Below, in pieces: positions 61,345 through 64,000 of a stretch of 64,000 nt of DNA. Within the stretch, counting starts at the first letter, position 1, and every line of letters starts with the position of its first letter. The notes under the pieces are model-generated. The model was not told where the DNA came from. It did no database searches and saw nothing but the letters and a program-made list of their open reading frames with translations. Origin of the DNA: Candidatus Poribacteria bacterium (GTDB lineage Bacteria > Poribacteria > WGA-4E > WGA-3G); assembly GCA_965242965.1 (NCBI GenBank), contig OZ251518.1:4896001-4960000 (forward strand), read 5' to 3'. The position numbers and the translations under genes are program-made.

Positions 61345-61510
61345 TCAGTAGGCGGGACATCCCTGTCCCGAATCCGATCGCTATTCAGTAGGCGGGACAT
61401 CCCTGTCCCGAATCCGAAGCATCGAGACCAGGAGGTCTCTCCTACTGGGGAAGTCGAGCCCCGAGGTCTCTCCTATCAGAGCATCGAGATCGGGAGGGCT
61501 CTCCTACCAG
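61345..61510. repeat. REP-like cluster
   Basis: Two GTAGGCGGGACATCCCTGTCCCG copies and three GAGACC-type copies. Confidence 0.85.
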
Positions 61511-61526
61511 GGAGTTTCTCCTACTA

Positions 61527-62741
61527 TTAAAAGAAAAAGTGTTCTAAAAGTTCCCCGACGAGGTATCCTACGCCTGCAACGCCGAGGCCAACGACAAACA
61601 TGTCAATTCCACTCCGAATGAGGCTTCGTCCGGTGAATAGGCTTCGCGCTGCACCGACAGCAAAGTGCGAAATCATTGCAAATGCGAATGCCATCCAGAT
61701 GGCAAACGGCCCGTCGTCAAACAGGAAGGGTGCGGCTGGAATAAAAGCACCGATGGCGGTTGCCAAGCCGGTAATCCAACCTTCTCGGAGCGGCGTGGTG
61801 TGCGTTTCGCCGATTTTGAGTTCCGCCTGTATCTTTTCTTCGAGTGCCCGGTCCGGATCTTGCATAATTTCTTGTGCGAGTGCGCGGGCTTGTTCTTTCG
61901 GGACGCCGCGCGCCTCATAAATCAGCGCGAGTTCGGTCTCCTCAATATCCGGCATGAGGCGGATTTCCTCTCTCTCCACGGCAATTTCGTGCTCGTAGAC
62001 TTCCTGTTCACTTTTCGCGGCGAGGTAGCCGGAGGCACCCATCGAAAGCGCGTCGGCGACGGTGCCAACGATGCCAGTCGTGAGAATGATAGAGACATCC
62101 GGTGTCGCGGCGATGACACCGGCGACGAGCCCGAAGTTCGCCGTGAGTCCATCGTTGAACCCATAGACAATGTTTCCTACCATGCCGCCTGACTCGGTTT
62201 TGTGCCACGGTTCATCGCTAGTGCCGGTGAGTTCCTGCAGGCTTTCGGTGTGCATGGCGGATTCTTTCGCTAAATCAAGTGCCATCTCTTTCGCGTCCGC
62301 GCGCGTGCTGTTTTTATGGAGGGTGAGGTAATCCTTGACTTCATTCGCCTCCTCGTTCAGCATTTGCGAGAGGAAGAAACCGCTGCCGAACCGGCGCGAA
62401 CACCACGCCATCAGCCGCGCCTTCGCTGTCGGGCGCGGCAGTTTATATTTCACGTTATTGGCGGCAAGCAGTACCTGCCATCGGTTGACGTGCTCGGCTT
62501 CGACTGCTGTCAATTCGCTTAATATTTTCTTCCGATTCACATCCGGTTCAAGTTCCTCGAAAACCTCGTAAAGGAATCGGGCATCTACCTCGTCCTGCAA
62601 GTGTGCTTTCCACGTTTTGAGCGTTTTGCTATCCGGTTTTTCGTATTCGCGCGAAGCGTTCAATTGAGGGTTCTGGTTGATTGACGAACTATTCCCAGAG
62701 CCGCCTGCGCCGTTGTCGGGTGCCGCGTTCTTGGTTGACAT
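61527..62741 (-). CDS. VIT1/CCC1 family Fe/Mn transporter with N-terminal ferritin-like domain
   Basis: YGFNDGL, SMGASGYL, E-x2-H motifs in the N-terminal region; start at MSTKN after GAGGAG. Confidence 0.88.
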   Translation of the reverse strand: MSTKNAAPDNGAGGSGNSSSINQNPQLNASREYEKPDSKTLKTWKAHLQDEVDARFLYEVFEELEPDVNRKKILSELTAVEAEHVNRWQVLLAANNVKYKLPRPTAKARLMAWCSRRFGSGFFLSQMLNEEANEVKDYLTLHKNSTRADAKEMALDLAKESAMHTESLQELTGTSDEPWHKTESGGMVGNIVYGFNDGLTANFGLVAGVIAATPDVSIILTTGIVGTVADALSMGASGYLAAKSEQEVYEHEIAVEREEIRLMPDIEETELALIYEARGVPKEQARALAQEIMQDPDRALEEKIQAELKIGETHTTPLREGWITGLATAIGAFIPAAPFLFDDGPFAIWMAFAFAMISHFAVGAARSLFTGRSLIRSGIDMFVVGLGVAGVGYLVGELLEHFFF

Positions 62742-62745
62742 ATTT

Positions 62746-63423
62746 TTAATTCTCCTCTTGCACGTCGGCGACGAAAATGTGCTTCGCGACCTCCCTGCCG
62801 ATGACAGCAGGATGTCCCGCGATGTCAATGGTAAAGGGCCCCTCAAACGGCGCGACATCAAGCACCCGGATAGCGGTGCCCGGGTAAAGGTTCAGTTCAC
62901 CGAGGTATTGGAGCAGTGCCGAGTCGCTATCGCTGACTTCGGCAACAACGCACGCTTGCCCCTTACGAAGCGTTGTCATCGGTATATACGCGGTTTGCGT
63001 GACAACGCCGTTCTTATCAGGGATAGGCGAACCGTGCGGGTCCGCCGTTGGATAGCCGAGAACAGCATCGATGCGTTCTTCGACATCTTCGGAGATGACA
63101 TGCTCCAGTTTCTCGGCTTCTTCGTGCACGTTCTCCCACGGCACGCCGAGTGCCTTGAATAGATAGAGCTCCAGCAAGCGATGATGCCGGATGATTTCCA
63201 GCGCGACCACCTTGCCTGCCTCGGTTAGCGTAATTTCCTGATACCGTTCTTGGCATACCAGTTTCATTGCTTTCAACTTTTTTAGCATGCCGGTGGCGGA
63301 CGCGGGCTTAACGTTGAGCGTCTCGGCTAAAAGGCCGGTTGACACCTTACTGCCCTTTTCTTGTAGTTTGTAGATGGACTTGAGATAGTCCTCAGCCGCT
63401 TGTGTTAACATCATTTTTTCCAC
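62746..63423 (-). CDS. mntR: DtxR/MntR-family metal-dependent repressor with FeoA domain
   Basis: EDYLKSIY, IIRHHRLLELYL, EAEKLEH, DPHGSPIP. Confidence 0.9.
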   Translation of the reverse strand: MEKMMLTQAAEDYLKSIYKLQEKGSKVSTGLLAETLNVKPASATGMLKKLKAMKLVCQERYQEITLTEAGKVVALEIIRHHRLLELYLFKALGVPWENVHEEAEKLEHVISEDVEERIDAVLGYPTADPHGSPIPDKNGVVTQTAYIPMTTLRKGQACVVAEVSDSDSALLQYLGELNLYPGTAIRVLDVAPFEGPFTIDIAGHPAVIGREVAKHIFVADVQEEN

Positions 63424-63488
63424 ATTTGCGTCTGTGTCCCCAAAATTTAGGTAACCGATGCCAAAATTGTTAGGAACATTTAGAAATT

Positions 63489-63535
63489 AATTTAGGTATG
63501 ACTAAATTATATATTATATCCACCTAAATTGTCAA
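63489..63535 (-). promoter_or_regulatory. Promoter with overlapping DtxR/MntR-type operator
   Basis: Palindrome AATTTAG-GTATGA-CTAAATT (63489-63508) overlapping the -10 of TTGACA-18-TATAAT (minus strand). Confidence 0.7.
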
Positions 63536-63549
63536 GAAAAAAATTTAAC

Positions 63550-63578
63550 TTGACTTTTTAGTTTTTATAGGGTATAAT
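63550..63578 (+). promoter_or_regulatory. Divergent sigma70 promoter
   Basis: TTGACT-17 nt-TATAAT. Confidence 0.7.
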
Positions 63579-63631
63579 AAATAGAGTGTTTTTAACGTGA
63601 TGGATTGACTTTTTTACACGAAAGGAATTTT

Positions 63632-64000
63632 GTGAGAGACTATAACGATAGAAAACCGAGAGTCTACCTTGAAACGACAGTCATTAGTTATTTGGTGGCA
63701 CTGCTGAGTGCCAATCCGCGAATAGCGGGATGGCAGCAGGAAACCCGGCGGTTCTGGCGAGAATACGCCCATAGATTGGAGTTTGTCGTTTCAGAAACTG
63801 TTATTGGCGAAGTGAGTAGAGGCGATACAACCGAAGCAGGGAAGCGGCTTGCGGCGTTAGCGGGCTTACCGGCATTAAAAAAATCATCGGAGGCTTTTCA
63901 GTTGAGTCAGAAATTGCGCGATGCAAGAGCTGTTCCACCCAATTTAGTGGCAGACGCAGACCATATCGCCATTGCCACTGTCCACGGCATTGAATATCTG
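63632..64000 (+). CDS. PIN-domain (VapC-like) protein, truncated by the window end
   Basis: Manual translation from GTG: ...VYLETTVISYL...VSETVIGEVSRGD...DADHIAIATVHGIEYL; AAGGA RBS. Confidence 0.85.
   Translation, partial: MRDYNDRKPRVYLETTVISYLVALLSANPRIAGWQQETRRFWREYAHRLEFVVSETVIGEVSRGDTTEAGKRLAALAGLPALKKSSEAFQLSQKLRDARAVPPNLVADADHIAIATVHGIEYL

Overview
Bacterial chromosomal window with GC-rich genes and AT-rich promoters. It is probably from Candidatus Poribacteria; this is an inference from an LRR-dockerin-FlgD protein, a PD40 propeller ending in TTTWGKIK and many Gfo/Idh oxidoreductases. Housekeeping content: sugar/polyol catabolic enzymes, nuoD-H-I-J-K-L-M-N, tRNA-Gln(CUG) and tRNA-Glu(CUC), a rhodanese-MoeB gene and a DtxR-regulated Mn/Zn ABC operon. 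Defence-type genes: GmrSD, an ADP-ribosylglycohydrolase, a TIR-TPR-DNA-specificity-domain chimera coupled to an ABC-ATPase/HEPN gene, a type III Mod, hicBA, a DUF4011 helicase, a type IIG/ISP-like R-M gene and a PIN gene. Most larger intergenic gaps are filled with several families of GTAG-hairpin (REP-like) repeats. Most notable observations: (1) the TIR-TPR-TRD plus ATPase-HEPN pair as a candidate undescribed defence module; (2) an in-frame UGA at the conserved Cys position of MoeB followed by a SECIS-like hairpin (probable selenoprotein); (3) a type III mod gene frameshifted at a G8 tract that would otherwise read through three in-frame REP copies; (4) a beta-barrel/GH108 muramidase/patatin locus with long structured leaders. 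All family calls come from motif recognition by eye; no database searches were run.
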